NCBI GenBank assembly: GCA_036002485.1 | Contig: DASYTI010000019.1 | Location: forward strand, 11,990-75,989 | DNA length: 64,000 nt | Direction of reading: 5' to 3' | From: Candidatus Methylomirabilota bacterium | Lineage (GTDB): Bacteria > Methylomirabilota > Methylomirabilia > Rokubacteriales > CSP1-6 | Part shown: positions 10,830 through 21,516 of the stretch, one piece after another | Numbering within the stretch: position 1 is the stretch's first letter | How the letters are laid out: each line of letters opens with the position of its first letter | Notes under the pieces: generated by a model | The model's database searches: none | Told to the model about the DNA's origin: nothing | What the model saw: only the letters and a program-made list of their open reading frames with translations | Position numbers and translations under genes: made by a program

Positions 10830-11789
10830 TCAGTACCGGATGCGCGGATCCATCACGGCGTAGGTCAGGTCGACCAGGAGGTTGGTCGCGACGATGATCA
10901 GGACCACGAGGAGGTTGATGCCCTGGATCACCGGGTAGTCGCGCTGGATGATGGCCTCCACCAGGAACTGCCCCATGCCCGGCAGCCCGAAGATCTGCTC
11001 GATGATCACGGCGCCCCCGGCGATCTGGGCGACCTGCAGGCCGAGCACCGTCACCACCGGGATGATGGCGTTCTTGAGACCGTGCTTGAACACGACCACG
11101 CTCTCGCGGAGCCCCTTGGCCCAGGCGGTGCGGACGTAGTCCTGCCGCAGCACCTCGAGCAGCATGCCGCGGGTCAGCCGCATGATCCCCGCCGCCGAGG
11201 CGATGCCGAGGATGATCGCGGGCAGGAGGAACTGGAGGAGGTACCCCGCCGGATCGTTCGACAGGTCGGTGAACCTCATCAGCGGGGTCCATCCCCACCA
11301 CATGGCGGGGAGCAGGATGACCACGATCGCCTTCACGAAGCTCGGGATGGACAGCCCGAGGATGGCGCCGCTCCGCGCGAAGAAGTCGAGCACGCCGTCC
11401 TGGCGAACCGCCGACACGATCCCGACCGGGATGCCGATCAGGATGGCCACGGCGATGGCCATGCCGCCCAGCGTGAGCGTCACCGGCAGGCGCCGGGCCA
11501 GCTCGCCGAGCACCGGCCGGCGCGTCCACAGCGACTCGCCGAAGTCACCGCGGGTGATCTTCCCCATCCACGCGACATACTGCACGGGGATCGGCCGGTC
11601 GAGCCCGAGCTTGGCCCGAAGCTCCGCCAGGTCCTTGCCGTAGGCCTTTTCCTCGAGCATGAGCTGGACCACGTCCCCGGGGATGAGGCGGGGCAGCGCG
11701 AACACGATCACCGATGCGAGCAGCAGCGAGGGGATGGCGATGAGCAGCCGCTGGAAGACGTAGTTGCGCACGCGCGGGTCGGGGGCCAC
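10830..11789 (-). CDS. Peptide/nickel-type ABC transporter permease (DppB/OppB-like)
   Basis: 319 aa, with N-terminal YVFQRLLIAIPSLLLASVIVF and an EAA loop. Confidence 0.85.
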   Translation of the reverse strand: MAPDPRVRNYVFQRLLIAIPSLLLASVIVFALPRLIPGDVVQLMLEEKAYGKDLAELRAKLGLDRPIPVQYVAWMGKITRGDFGESLWTRRPVLGELARRLPVTLTLGGMAIAVAILIGIPVGIVSAVRQDGVLDFFARSGAILGLSIPSFVKAIVVILLPAMWWGWTPLMRFTDLSNDPAGYLLQFLLPAIILGIASAAGIMRLTRGMLLEVLRQDYVRTAWAKGLRESVVVFKHGLKNAIIPVVTVLGLQVAQIAGGAVIIEQIFGLPGMGQFLVEAIIQRDYPVIQGINLLVVLIIVATNLLVDLTYAVMDPRIRY

Positions 11790-11826
11790 GCCGCCACGCC
11801 CGCGGGCGGCGCGGCCCCGGCTCCTC

Positions 11827-13491
11827 TTACTTGTCGATCCAGGCCGCCATGAGCCTTCCGCCGTAGTCGAAGCCGTTGTTCGGCATGTAGTTCTTGATGT
11901 AGGGCTCCCAGGCCGAGACGACCTTGACCGATCCGTTGACGCCGAACAAGGCTTGCTCGGCCAGGTACCGCTGGATGTCGTAGACGATCTGCTTGCGCTT
12001 GACCACGTCGAATGTCCGGCGCTGCAGGTTGATCATGTCGGTCAGCTTGGGGTCGTTCACGTTCATGACATTGAGCGGCTGGCCGGGCATGTAGGGGCGG
12101 TAGAAGTAGGCCTCGGGGTCGGTCCAGGCGCCCCGGAGCCCCAGGTACAGGTGATCGAACTTCCCGTAGATCGTGCTGGAGATGAAGGCCCCGTACTCCT
12201 TGAGCTTCAGCTCGGCGTCGATGCCGGCCGCCTTCCAGTTCTTGACGGTGATCTGCACGCCGTCCATGAAGTCGGGGCCGTAGCCCGTGCCGGGCGCCTC
12301 CACCTGCGTCTTGAACCCGCTCGGATGGCCGGCCTCGGCCAGGAGGCGCTTGGCCTCCGCAGTGGAGTGCTCGTAGAGCTTCCGCCCCTCTGGACCGAGC
12401 TGGTCGATGGGGATCGACCACTCCGCGGCGGCGGCCGGGACCGCGGGGTTGGGAGTCCAGTGGCCCTGGGAAAACGCGTTCGACTCGAAGATCTCGGCCA
12501 GGCTGACCGCGCGGGAGAGCGCGCGGCGGACGCGCACGTCGTTGAACGGTGGCTTGTCGATCTTCAAGCCGGTGGCTCCGCTGGTGAACCACGTGTACTC
12601 GGCGGTCTGCAGCCCGGGCTTCCGCTGCTTGGCCACCGCCAGATCGAGGCGGCGGACCACCTGCTGGTACTCGGGGCCGAAGTCGATCTTACCGGAGAGA
12701 AAGGTGGCCAGGCGGGACGACGGGTCCTTGTCGATGACCACCTCGACGCCGTCGGCGTACGGGAGCCCCGGGACGAAGTAGTTCGGGTTCCGCACGTAGA
12801 CGAGCCTCACGTTCGGCTCCCAGCGATCGAGCATCCACGGCCCGGTGCCTACGACCGACTCGGCCTTCTTGAGATCGCCGAACTTCTCGACGCACTCTTT
12901 CGCGACGATCCACGTCGACGTCGAGGCCAGCAGGTCCAGGAACCAGGCGTTCGGCTCCTTCAGCGTGAACTTGACGGTGTGCCTGTCGATGACGTCGATC
13001 CTGTCGACGTACTCCAGCACGGGCTTATTGCCGTTTCCCGTGATCGTGAGGAATCGCTCGTAGGTGTACTTGACGTCGTCGGCCGTCAGCTCGCGTCCGT
13101 TGACGGGGGGCTTGGGGTGCCAGCGGACGCCCTTCTTCAGCTTGAAGATGTAGGTCTTGTCGTCGGGCTGGGTCCACGACTCGGCCAGGTCGGGCTCGAT
13201 CGGGTAGGTCATCGGCTTCACGGACGGGCCCGCCTTCACCTTGACCAGGCGGCTATAGGCGAAGGAGAGGGGGATCTGCGTCAGGAACGAGATGCTCTGG
13301 TGCGGGTCGAGGCCGGTGACGGGGTCGCTCTGCAAGGCGAGGCGCAATGTCCCGCCCCGCTTCGGCGTCTGGGCCCTGGCCGCTTCCGGGGTGAGGAGGC
13401 CAGCGCCGATGGCGAGGCCGGCGGCGGCGGTGCCAGTGGCCTTGAGGACATCACGGCGGGTGATGGCGGTTGGAAACGGTGGACGGTCCAT
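11827..13491 (-). CDS. ABC transporter substrate-binding protein, family 5 (peptide/nickel type), Tat signal
   Basis: Start MDRPPFPTAITRRDVLKATGTAAAGLAIGAG (twin-arginine), followed by an SBP_bac_5-like sequence. Confidence 0.85.
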   Translation of the reverse strand: MDRPPFPTAITRRDVLKATGTAAAGLAIGAGLLTPEAARAQTPKRGGTLRLALQSDPVTGLDPHQSISFLTQIPLSFAYSRLVKVKAGPSVKPMTYPIEPDLAESWTQPDDKTYIFKLKKGVRWHPKPPVNGRELTADDVKYTYERFLTITGNGNKPVLEYVDRIDVIDRHTVKFTLKEPNAWFLDLLASTSTWIVAKECVEKFGDLKKAESVVGTGPWMLDRWEPNVRLVYVRNPNYFVPGLPYADGVEVVIDKDPSSRLATFLSGKIDFGPEYQQVVRRLDLAVAKQRKPGLQTAEYTWFTSGATGLKIDKPPFNDVRVRRALSRAVSLAEIFESNAFSQGHWTPNPAVPAAAAEWSIPIDQLGPEGRKLYEHSTAEAKRLLAEAGHPSGFKTQVEAPGTGYGPDFMDGVQITVKNWKAAGIDAELKLKEYGAFISSTIYGKFDHLYLGLRGAWTDPEAYFYRPYMPGQPLNVMNVNDPKLTDMINLQRRTFDVVKRKQIVYDIQRYLAEQALFGVNGSVKVVSAWEPYIKNYMPNNGFDYGGRLMAAWIDK

Positions 13492-13652
13492 GATCGCACC
13501 CTCCTCAGCGGCCACGATGGAGGCCGCGATCGCTGTCCGGACGCTTTCCTGGCCTCGGGGAGACGATGAACGCGCCCCGGGAGATTGGCGCGATACTGCT
13601 CCGTCGCCGGTTGCCCTGTCAAGGCCCTGTGGGCAAGTTGTGCTGCCGCTCC

Positions 13653-14795
<1,143 letters not shown>

Positions 14796-14927
14796 TCACG
14801 GAAAGCCGCCTAGTTCGGCGGCCACCACCAATCCTGTCGTGAGCGTGCGCGCGCATCGGCCTGCATGGGGGGTATCTTGCCACGACCGGACCAGGCTCGT
14901 CAATGCGCGGCCATGGTCGGTAGTGTC

Positions 14928-15356
14928 TCAGTTTGATCTGAGTAAGAAGCTGCCAGCTGCGATCAGCCCTATCGCGAATAGCTTCGTCCAGGTGAAGGGT
15001 TCCTTCAAGAACATAAACCCAACGAGCAGCACCAAGACCGTCGATGTACCCCCGATCACGAACGACGACGTCACTCGGAGTCCGCTCGCATAGGCCAACA
15101 GCGTGAACAGGTTTACGCAGGCGGTCGCCACCCCTACCAGGACCATGAAAGAGAACCCCTTCATGGAGAAGGCGACGGGCGTACCGGTGGCCCTGATCGA
15201 GAGCGTCACCATTGCGGTTATGAGGAAGGCAATGCCAGTGATTATCGCGGTACCGAGTGCGGGATGAATGCCTGGTGATGCCATCCGGGCCCCGATGATG
15301 TATGTGGCCATCGACACGCCGGCGAGAAGCGCATACGCGAAAGCGAGATTCAACAT
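14928..15356 (-). CDS. Small 4-TM membrane protein, EamA/DMT-superfamily-like
   Basis: 142 aa, four hydrophobic helices. Local GC is clearly lower than the flanks. Confidence 0.55.
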   Translation of the reverse strand: MLNLAFAYALLAGVSMATYIIGARMASPGIHPALGTAIITGIAFLITAMVTLSIRATGTPVAFSMKGFSFMVLVGVATACVNLFTLLAYASGLRVTSSFVIGGTSTVLVLLVGFMFLKEPFTWTKLFAIGLIAAGSFLLRSN

Positions 15357-15660
15357 GATGGCTCCTAGTCAACTAGCCGGGCGACCTCTTCCAGAGACCA
15401 CACGTGATCCGCCTTCCCGGCTTCCATGGCCGGGGTGACCCGCAGGGGAGCTTGGCAAGCTGTCAGGTCTCGGGGCCTCTCTGGAAGCTTCGCCACGGCC
15501 GGAGTATGCCACAGCTAGGCATGGAGCTTGCCGAGCCTCAGTTTCCAAACTGAGACACTACCCCCGAACCCGCACCGTATAGCTCGGTCATGGTCAGTGC
15601 TTGCGACATCCGAACGCATCTGCTTTACTCATGCGCAACGCGACCTCCGGGGAGGCCTCC

Positions 15661-16875
15661 ATGCGAGCACGACGGCTCTGGTTTTTGGCTACCGCAGCTC
15701 TTGCCCTTGCCCTCTGCGCGGGCGCGGCGACCGCCCAGTCGCCCATCAAGATCGGCGAGATCAACTCCTATAGCGGCATCGGCGCTCCGTTCACGGGGCC
15801 GTACCGCGCCGGCGTCGAGATGGCCGTGGAGGAGATCAATGCCAAGGGCGGCGTCCTCGGGCGCAAGCTCGAGGTCGTCTTCCGCGACGACAAGGGGCAG
15901 CCCGCGGAGGCGGTCAAGCATGCCCAGGAGCTCGTCGAGTCCGAGAAGGTGGCCCTGATCGCGGGCACCTTCCTCTCAAATGTGGGGCTTGCCGTCTCGG
16001 ACTGGGCCAAGCAGAACAAGACCATGTTCGTGGCCGCCGAGCCCCTGACGGAAGCGCTCACCTGGGCCAAGGGGCACGACTACGTCGTCCGCCTCCGCCC
16101 CAATACCTACGAGCAGGGGCGCATGCTCGCCGAGAAGGCGAGCAAGATGAAGTACGTGAAGTGGGCGACCATCGGCCCCAACTACGAGTACGGCAAGCGG
16201 GCCTGGGAGACCTTCCGTGACCGGCTCAAAGAGCTGAAGCCGGACGTGCAGGTGGTGGGCGAGCACTGGCCGACCCTCGGCAAGATCGAACCCGGTCCGC
16301 TCGTCACGGCGATCATGAGCCAGAATCCCGACGCCCTCTACGTCTCGCTCTTCGGCAGCGACTGGCTGGCCTTCGTGCGCGAGGCGCAGAAGCGGGGGCT
16401 CTTCCAGAAGACGTTCGTGGTGGGCATCCTGCTCGGCGAGCCAGAGTACATCGACCCCCTCAAGCTCGAGGCGCCCGAAGGCAATCTCGTGACCGGCTAC
16501 CCCTGGTACGACATCAAGAGCCCGGCGCACCAGGACTGGGTGACGCGCTACACCAAACGGGGCGACAAGCATCCGGTGCTGGGCTCGCTCATCGGCTACG
16601 TCACCTACGTCTCGATCGCGGAGGCGATCAAGAAGGCCGGCGGCACCGACACGGCCAAGCTCGTCCAGGCCTTCAAGGGCCTCAAGGTCGAGACTCCCAT
16701 CGGCCCCATCACCTTCCGGGCCTCGGACGGCCAGTCGACCATGGGCGCCTGGGTGGGCACCACCAAGCTCGATAGCCAGCGCGGCGTGGGGGTCATGGTC
16801 AATCACGAATACATTCCCGGCGAGAAGGTGCTGCCCTCCGACGACGAGGTGAGGAAGCTCCGCCCGGGCTCGTGA
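15661..16875 (+). CDS. Branched-chain amino acid / amide-type ABC transporter substrate-binding protein (LivK family)
   Basis: Signal peptide MRARRLWFLATAALALALCAGAATAQSP, then a Peripla_BP_6-like sequence (IKIGEINSYSGIGAPFTGPYRAGVEMAVEEINAKGGVLGRK). GGGGAGG RBS upstream of the ATG at 15661. Confidence 0.88.
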   Translation: MRARRLWFLATAALALALCAGAATAQSPIKIGEINSYSGIGAPFTGPYRAGVEMAVEEINAKGGVLGRKLEVVFRDDKGQPAEAVKHAQELVESEKVALIAGTFLSNVGLAVSDWAKQNKTMFVAAEPLTEALTWAKGHDYVVRLRPNTYEQGRMLAEKASKMKYVKWATIGPNYEYGKRAWETFRDRLKELKPDVQVVGEHWPTLGKIEPGPLVTAIMSQNPDALYVSLFGSDWLAFVREAQKRGLFQKTFVVGILLGEPEYIDPLKLEAPEGNLVTGYPWYDIKSPAHQDWVTRYTKRGDKHPVLGSLIGYVTYVSIAEAIKKAGGTDTAKLVQAFKGLKVETPIGPITFRASDGQSTMGAWVGTTKLDSQRGVGVMVNHEYIPGEKVLPSDDEVRKLRPGS

Positions 16876-16895
16876 GCTGAAGACCGCCCCCTCAT

Positions 16896-16945
16896 GATCT
16901 CAGCCCTCGCCTCATTCGAGGCGAGCCTCGGCTCGAAGTGCGGCC
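16896..16945 (-). repeat. Single copy of the same ~45-bp repeat family (inverted orientation)
   Basis: ctcagccctcgcctcattcgaggcgagcctcggctcgaa is the reverse complement of TTCGAGCCGAGG..GAGGCGAGGGCTGAG. Confidence 0.6.
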
Positions 16946-17001
16946 CTCTCCCCCGATTGTGGAGAGGATTTCTTGACTCCCTCTCCTCTCTGGGGAGAGG
17001 G
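16944..17001 (+). promoter_or_regulatory. Two stem-loops between livK and livHM; the first has a T-tract (partial terminator or attenuator candidate)
   Basis: The first stem-loop is ccctctc-ccccgattgt-ggagagg followed by atttctt. The second is ccctctcc-tctctgg-ggagaggg, directly before the RBS and GTG at 17023. Confidence 0.4.
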
Positions 17002-17022
17002 GCGGGGTGAGGGGAGCCGCCC

Positions 17023-18867
17023 GTGTCGCTTCTCCCGCTTCTCCTCGTCCAGTTGCTGAGCGGTCTCGCCAACGCGATGTTCCTCTTCCTCATCGCGTCT
17101 GGACTGTCGCTCATCTTCGGGGTCACCCGGATCGTCAACTTCGCCCACGGCTCGTTTTACATGCTGGCGGCCTATCTCACGTACTCGCTCACGGCGGCCC
17201 TGCCCTTAGGGCCCAACGCCTTTTACGCCGCCGCGCTGCTTGCCGCGCTTCTCGTCGCGGGGCTCGGCGGGCTCGTGGAGGCGCTGCTCCTTCGCCGCGT
17301 CTACCGCGCGCCCGAGCTCTACCAGCTCCTGCTGACCTTCGCGCTCGTCTTGATCGTGGCGGATGCCGTGCGCTATCTCTGGGGCGCCGACAACAAGACG
17401 GGGCCCGCCGCCCCAGGTCTGAGCGGCTCCGTGTCCATCGCCGGACAGCTCTTCCCGAGCTATGACCTCGCCGTCATCGTCTTCGGCCCCCTCGTCGCCC
17501 TCGGGCTCTGGGGCCTTTTCCATCGCACGCGCTGGGGTGTCCTGATCCGCGCCGCCACCCAGGACCGCGAGATGGTCGCGGCCCTCGGCGTGGATCAATC
17601 GCGCCTCTTCACGGGCGTCTTCATCCTCGGCTCCTTCCTGGCGGGACTCGCGGGGGCGCTCCAGGTGCCGCGGCTGGCCCTGACCACCGTGATGGACACC
17701 ACCGTCATCGTCGAGGCCTTCGTGGTGGTCGTCATCGGGGGCATGGGATCGGTGTGGGGGGCGCTGCTCGCCTCGCTCCTCATCGGCGTGCTCAACGCCT
17801 TCGGTGTTCTCGTGCTGCCCAAGATCTCCATCGTGCTCATCTTCGTCGTCATGGCCGTGGTGCTGATCGTGAGGCCCTGGGGTCTCCTGGGGCGGCCGGA
17901 GATCCAGCTGCGCGCGGCGGGGGGCGCCGTGGCCGAGGTGAGGCCGTCACGCGCCGGCCGATCATGGAACAAGGCATGGCTCGGGGCCGGAGTCCTGCTG
18001 CTCGCGGCGCTGCCGTGGGCGCTTCCGACCTTCTGGGCGTGGCTCGTCGTGGAGATCTTCGCCTTCGTGCTCTTCGCGGCGAGCCTCCACCTGCTCATGG
18101 GCCTGGGCGGCATGGTCTCGTTCGGGCATGCCGCGTATTTCGGGATCGGCGCCTACGCGGCCGCTCTCCTCCTCAAGCTCGCGAGCTGGCCCATGCCGCT
18201 GGCCTTTCTCGCGGCCCCCCTGGTGGCGGCGCTGGCCGCCGTCGTCTTCGGCTACTTCTGCGTCCGGCTCACGAGCATCTACTTCGCCATGCTCACCCTC
18301 GCGTTCGCCCAGATCGTCTACGCCGTCGTCCATCAGTGGGACGAGGTCACGGGGGGCGACAACGGCGTACTCTCCGTCTGGCCCCCCACATGGCTCGCCT
18401 CTCCCATGCGCTACTATTACTGGTCGCTGGCCGCGACCCTGGGGGGAGTGATCCTGCTCCGCGTGGTCGCCGGTTCGCCGTTCGGCCTCTCCCTGCGGGC
18501 GGTGCGCGACCATGCCCGGCGCGCCGAGGCCGTGGGCATCAATGTCCGGCTGCTGCAGTGGACGGCGTTCATCGTGGCGGGGTTCGTGGCCGGCCTCGGC
18601 GGCGCCGTCTTTGTCTTCCTCAAGGGAAGCGTCTTTCCCGTCTACACCGAGACGCCCATGTCGGTGCAGCCTCTCGTCATGGTCCTGCTGGGCGGGGTGG
18701 GCTCGCCCTCGGGTCCGCTGATCGGCGCTGCCGTGTACAAGCTCCTGGACACCGTGATCACCCGCTACACCGATTACTGGCAGTTCGTGCTGGGCGGCAT
18801 CCTCATCCTCCTGGTCCTGGCTTTTCCCCGCGGCATCGCCGGCGCGCTTCGCCCGAGGCGTCCATGA
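17023..18867 (+). CDS. Fused LivH-LivM type ABC transporter permease (two permease domains in one 614-aa protein)
   Basis: The N-terminal half resembles LivH (GLSLIFGVTRIVNFAHGSFYMLAAY). The C-terminal half resembles LivM (GLGGMVSFGHAAYFGIGAYAAALL). GTG start. Stop overlaps the livG start (ATGA). Confidence 0.8.
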   Translation: MSLLPLLLVQLLSGLANAMFLFLIASGLSLIFGVTRIVNFAHGSFYMLAAYLTYSLTAALPLGPNAFYAAALLAALLVAGLGGLVEALLLRRVYRAPELYQLLLTFALVLIVADAVRYLWGADNKTGPAAPGLSGSVSIAGQLFPSYDLAVIVFGPLVALGLWGLFHRTRWGVLIRAATQDREMVAALGVDQSRLFTGVFILGSFLAGLAGALQVPRLALTTVMDTTVIVEAFVVVVIGGMGSVWGALLASLLIGVLNAFGVLVLPKISIVLIFVVMAVVLIVRPWGLLGRPEIQLRAAGGAVAEVRPSRAGRSWNKAWLGAGVLLLAALPWALPTFWAWLVVEIFAFVLFAASLHLLMGLGGMVSFGHAAYFGIGAYAAALLLKLASWPMPLAFLAAPLVAALAAVVFGYFCVRLTSIYFAMLTLAFAQIVYAVVHQWDEVTGGDNGVLSVWPPTWLASPMRYYYWSLAATLGGVILLRVVAGSPFGLSLRAVRDHARRAEAVGINVRLLQWTAFIVAGFVAGLGGAVFVFLKGSVFPVYTETPMSVQPLVMVLLGGVGSPSGPLIGAAVYKLLDTVITRYTDYWQFVLGGILILLVLAFPRGIAGALRPRRP

Positions 18868-19631
18868 TGACGGACTCGCTGGCGACCGGGCCCGTCCTCG
18901 AGACGCGGGGGCTCTCGAAGGCCTTCGGCGGGGTCCAGGCGGTGGCCGCGGTGGACCTGGCGATGCCGCGCGGCGAGGTCCGGGCTCTCATCGGCCCGAA
19001 CGGCGCGGGCAAGACCACCTTTTTCAATATGCTGACGGGCCAGCTTCGGGCCGACGCGGGCGAGGTGCGCTTCAAGGGCGAGCTTCTCTCCGGCCTTCCC
19101 CCTCATGCGGTATGGCGCCGCGGCGTGAGCCGTACCTTCCAGATCACCGCGACCTTCTCGTCGCTGACCGCGCTCGAGAACATCCAGGTCGCCCTGTAGT
19201 CTCACCGTCACGAGACCTATGCGCTCCTGAGCCGGGCGGCCCGGCTCGAGGTGGGAGCGGCGCGGACGCTTCTGGCTCAGGTCGGGCTCGAGGGGCAGGC
19301 GGACAGGCCGGCGGGGGTGCTCGCCTACGGTGATCTCAAGAAGCTCGAGCTCGCCATGGCCCTGGCCAATGAGCCCGATGTGCTGCTGCTCGACGAGCCG
19401 ACAGCCGGCATGGCTCCGGCCGAGCGCGGCGCCCTGATGGCGCTCACCGAGCGAATCGCGCGCGCGCGCTCCCTCACCGTGCTCTTCACCGAGCACGACA
19501 TGGACGTGGTCTTCTCCGTGGCCGACCGTATCATGGTGCTGCACCAGGGTCGGGTCATCGCCGAAGGCAGCCCCGACGAGGTGAGGGCCGACCCGGAGGT
19601 CCAGCGCGTGTATCTGGGGGATAGCGAATGA
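18864..19631 (+). pseudogene. livG: LivG-type ABC ATPase interrupted by an in-frame TAG at 19197-19199
   Basis: The two track ORFs 18864..19199 (Walker A GPNGAGKTT, Q-loop) and 19251..19631 (signature LAYGDLKKLE, Walker B LLLDEPTAGM, H-loop) are in the same frame, with no other stop between them. The TAG sits where homologs usually have Gln or His after the ENI.VA motif. Confidence 0.75.
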
Positions 19632-19640
19632 GACGCGCCC

Positions 19641-20330
19641 GTGCTGACGCTTGACGGCGTCGAGGCGGCCTACGGACCTTCACGCGTGCTTCACGGCGTC
19701 TCTCTCGAGGCGCGCGAGGGCGAGGTGGTGTCGCTCCTCGGACGCAATGGCGCCGGCAAGTCCACCACGCTCAAGGCCACCATGGGCTTGGTGGATGTCA
19801 TCGGCGGCTCGGTGCGTCTCGACGGCCGAGAACTGAGGGGATTGCCGACCCACGAGATCGCCAGATTGGGTGTGGGCTGGGTGCCGGAAGACCGGCGCAT
19901 CTTCAGCGATCTCAGCGTGGAAGAGAATCTCCTGGTCGGGGCCCGGAGCGCGGGAGGGCAGAGCGTCGATCGCGTCTATGAGCAATTCCCCGCCCTCGGA
20001 CGGATGGCGGCGCGGCGAGGGGGAAGCCTCTCGGGCGGAGAGCAGCAGATGCTCACCGTCGCGCGCACCCTCATGGGCCATCCGCGCATCCTCCTCCTCG
20101 ACGAGCCGTCGGAGGGGCTGGCCCCCGTCATCGTCCAGGCCCTCGGCCAGCAGATCGCCGCGCTCAAGCGGGAGGGCTTGACCATCGTGCTCTCCGAGCA
20201 GAATCTCAAGTTCGCGGCCCGGCTGGCCGATCGGGCCTACATCATCGAGAAGGGCCAGATCCGGTGGGAAGGGCCCATGGCGCGGTTGATGGAAGACGAA
20301 GTCGTCCGCCGCGCGTACCTCACCGTTTAG
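19641..20330 (+). CDS. livF: LivF-type ABC transporter ATP-binding protein
   Basis: Walker A GRNGAGKST, signature LSGGEQQML, Walker B LLLDEPSEGL. GTG start. Confidence 0.88.
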   Translation: MLTLDGVEAAYGPSRVLHGVSLEAREGEVVSLLGRNGAGKSTTLKATMGLVDVIGGSVRLDGRELRGLPTHEIARLGVGWVPEDRRIFSDLSVEENLLVGARSAGGQSVDRVYEQFPALGRMAARRGGSLSGGEQQMLTVARTLMGHPRILLLDEPSEGLAPVIVQALGQQIAALKREGLTIVLSEQNLKFAARLADRAYIIEKGQIRWEGPMARLMEDEVVRRAYLTV

Positions 20331-20339
20331 GGAGCTCGC

Positions 20340-21515
20340 ATGAAGACGCTGATCAAGAATATCGGCGTGATCGTCTCCGGCGACATCGCGCGCCCGCTCC
20401 TCGAGGGCGACAGCATCGCCATCGCCGACGGCCGGATCGCCGCCGTGGGGAAGGGGCTCGAAGATCAGGCCGACACCGTCATCGACGCCAAGGGCAGCGC
20501 GGTGATCCCCGGGCTCATCGATTCGCACTGTCACCCCGTCTTCGGCGACTTCACCCCGCGTCAGCGAACCATGGACTTCATCGAGTCCGGGCTCAACGGC
20601 GGAATCACCACCATGATCTCGGCCGGCGAGGTGCATCTCCCGGGGCGACCCAAGGACATCGTGGGCCTCAAGGCCCTCGCCGTGGTGGCCGCCAAGGCCT
20701 ACGCCAATCTTCGGCCGGCCGGGGTCAAGGTCCACGGCGGGGCGCCCATTCTCGAGCTCGGCCTGGTCGAGGCGGACTTCGCCGAGATGGCCAAGCACGG
20801 CGTCAAGCTGGTCGGCGAGATCGGCCTCGGCTCGGTCAAGACCGGCAAGGACGCGGCGCCCATGGTCCGCTGGGCCAAGAAGCACGGCATGACCGTGACC
20901 ATTCACACGGGGGGGCCGTCCATCGCGGGCTCGAACCCCATCAGCGCCGAGGTCGTGCTCGAGGCGGATCCTCACGTCGTCGGTCATATCAATGGCGGCA
21001 CGACCTCCATGAGCGAGCGCGAGATCGACTCGCTGGTGGCGACAAACATGGCGCTTGAGATCGTCCACTGTGGCAATGGCAAGACGGCGCTGCACACGCT
21101 GGAGCGGGCCACCGAGGCCAAGGCGCTTCACCGCATCATCATCGGCAATGACGCCCCGTCGGGAACGGGCGTGGTGCCCCTGGGCATCGTCCGCGTGATC
21201 GCACATCTCGTCTCGCTGGGCGGGGTGAGCGCGGAGATCGCGATCTGCATGGCCACCGGGAATACGGCGCGCGTCTACAATCTGCCCGTCGGGGTCATCG
21301 CCACCGGCCGCGAGGCGGATCTCTGCATCGTGGACGCGCCCGTGGGATCGGTGGGCAAGACGGCCCTCGAGGCGCTCAAAGCCGGCGACCTCTTCGGCAT
21401 CTCGATGGCCCTCATCGACGGACAGATCAGGATAGGGCGCAGCCGTAATACGCCGCCGGCCGCCCGCGCCGCCGAGGTGATCAAAGGGCACGGCCCCTCG
21501 GGAGGAGGACACTAG
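20340..21515 (+). CDS. Enamidase-like amidohydrolase (metal-dependent amidohydrolase superfamily)
   Basis: The N-terminus MKTLIKNIGVIVSGDIARP...IAAVG and the C-terminal block CMATGNTARVYNL...GREADLCIVDAPVGSV closely recall enamidase (6-oxo-tetrahydronicotinate amidohydrolase) family proteins. Confidence 0.75.
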   Translation: MKTLIKNIGVIVSGDIARPLLEGDSIAIADGRIAAVGKGLEDQADTVIDAKGSAVIPGLIDSHCHPVFGDFTPRQRTMDFIESGLNGGITTMISAGEVHLPGRPKDIVGLKALAVVAAKAYANLRPAGVKVHGGAPILELGLVEADFAEMAKHGVKLVGEIGLGSVKTGKDAAPMVRWAKKHGMTVTIHTGGPSIAGSNPISAEVVLEADPHVVGHINGGTTSMSEREIDSLVATNMALEIVHCGNGKTALHTLERATEAKALHRIIIGNDAPSGTGVVPLGIVRVIAHLVSLGGVSAEIAICMATGNTARVYNLPVGVIATGREADLCIVDAPVGSVGKTALEALKAGDLFGISMALIDGQIRIGRSRNTPPAARAAEVIKGHGPSGGGH

Positions 21516-21516
21516 A

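Noticed and set aside
9898-11529. Full 543-aa extent of the track ORF
   Set aside because: Only the C-terminal 307 aa (from MANSVESIP, 10821) is permease. The upstream part overlaps the DppB-like gene out of frame and is His/Arg/Pro-rich junk.
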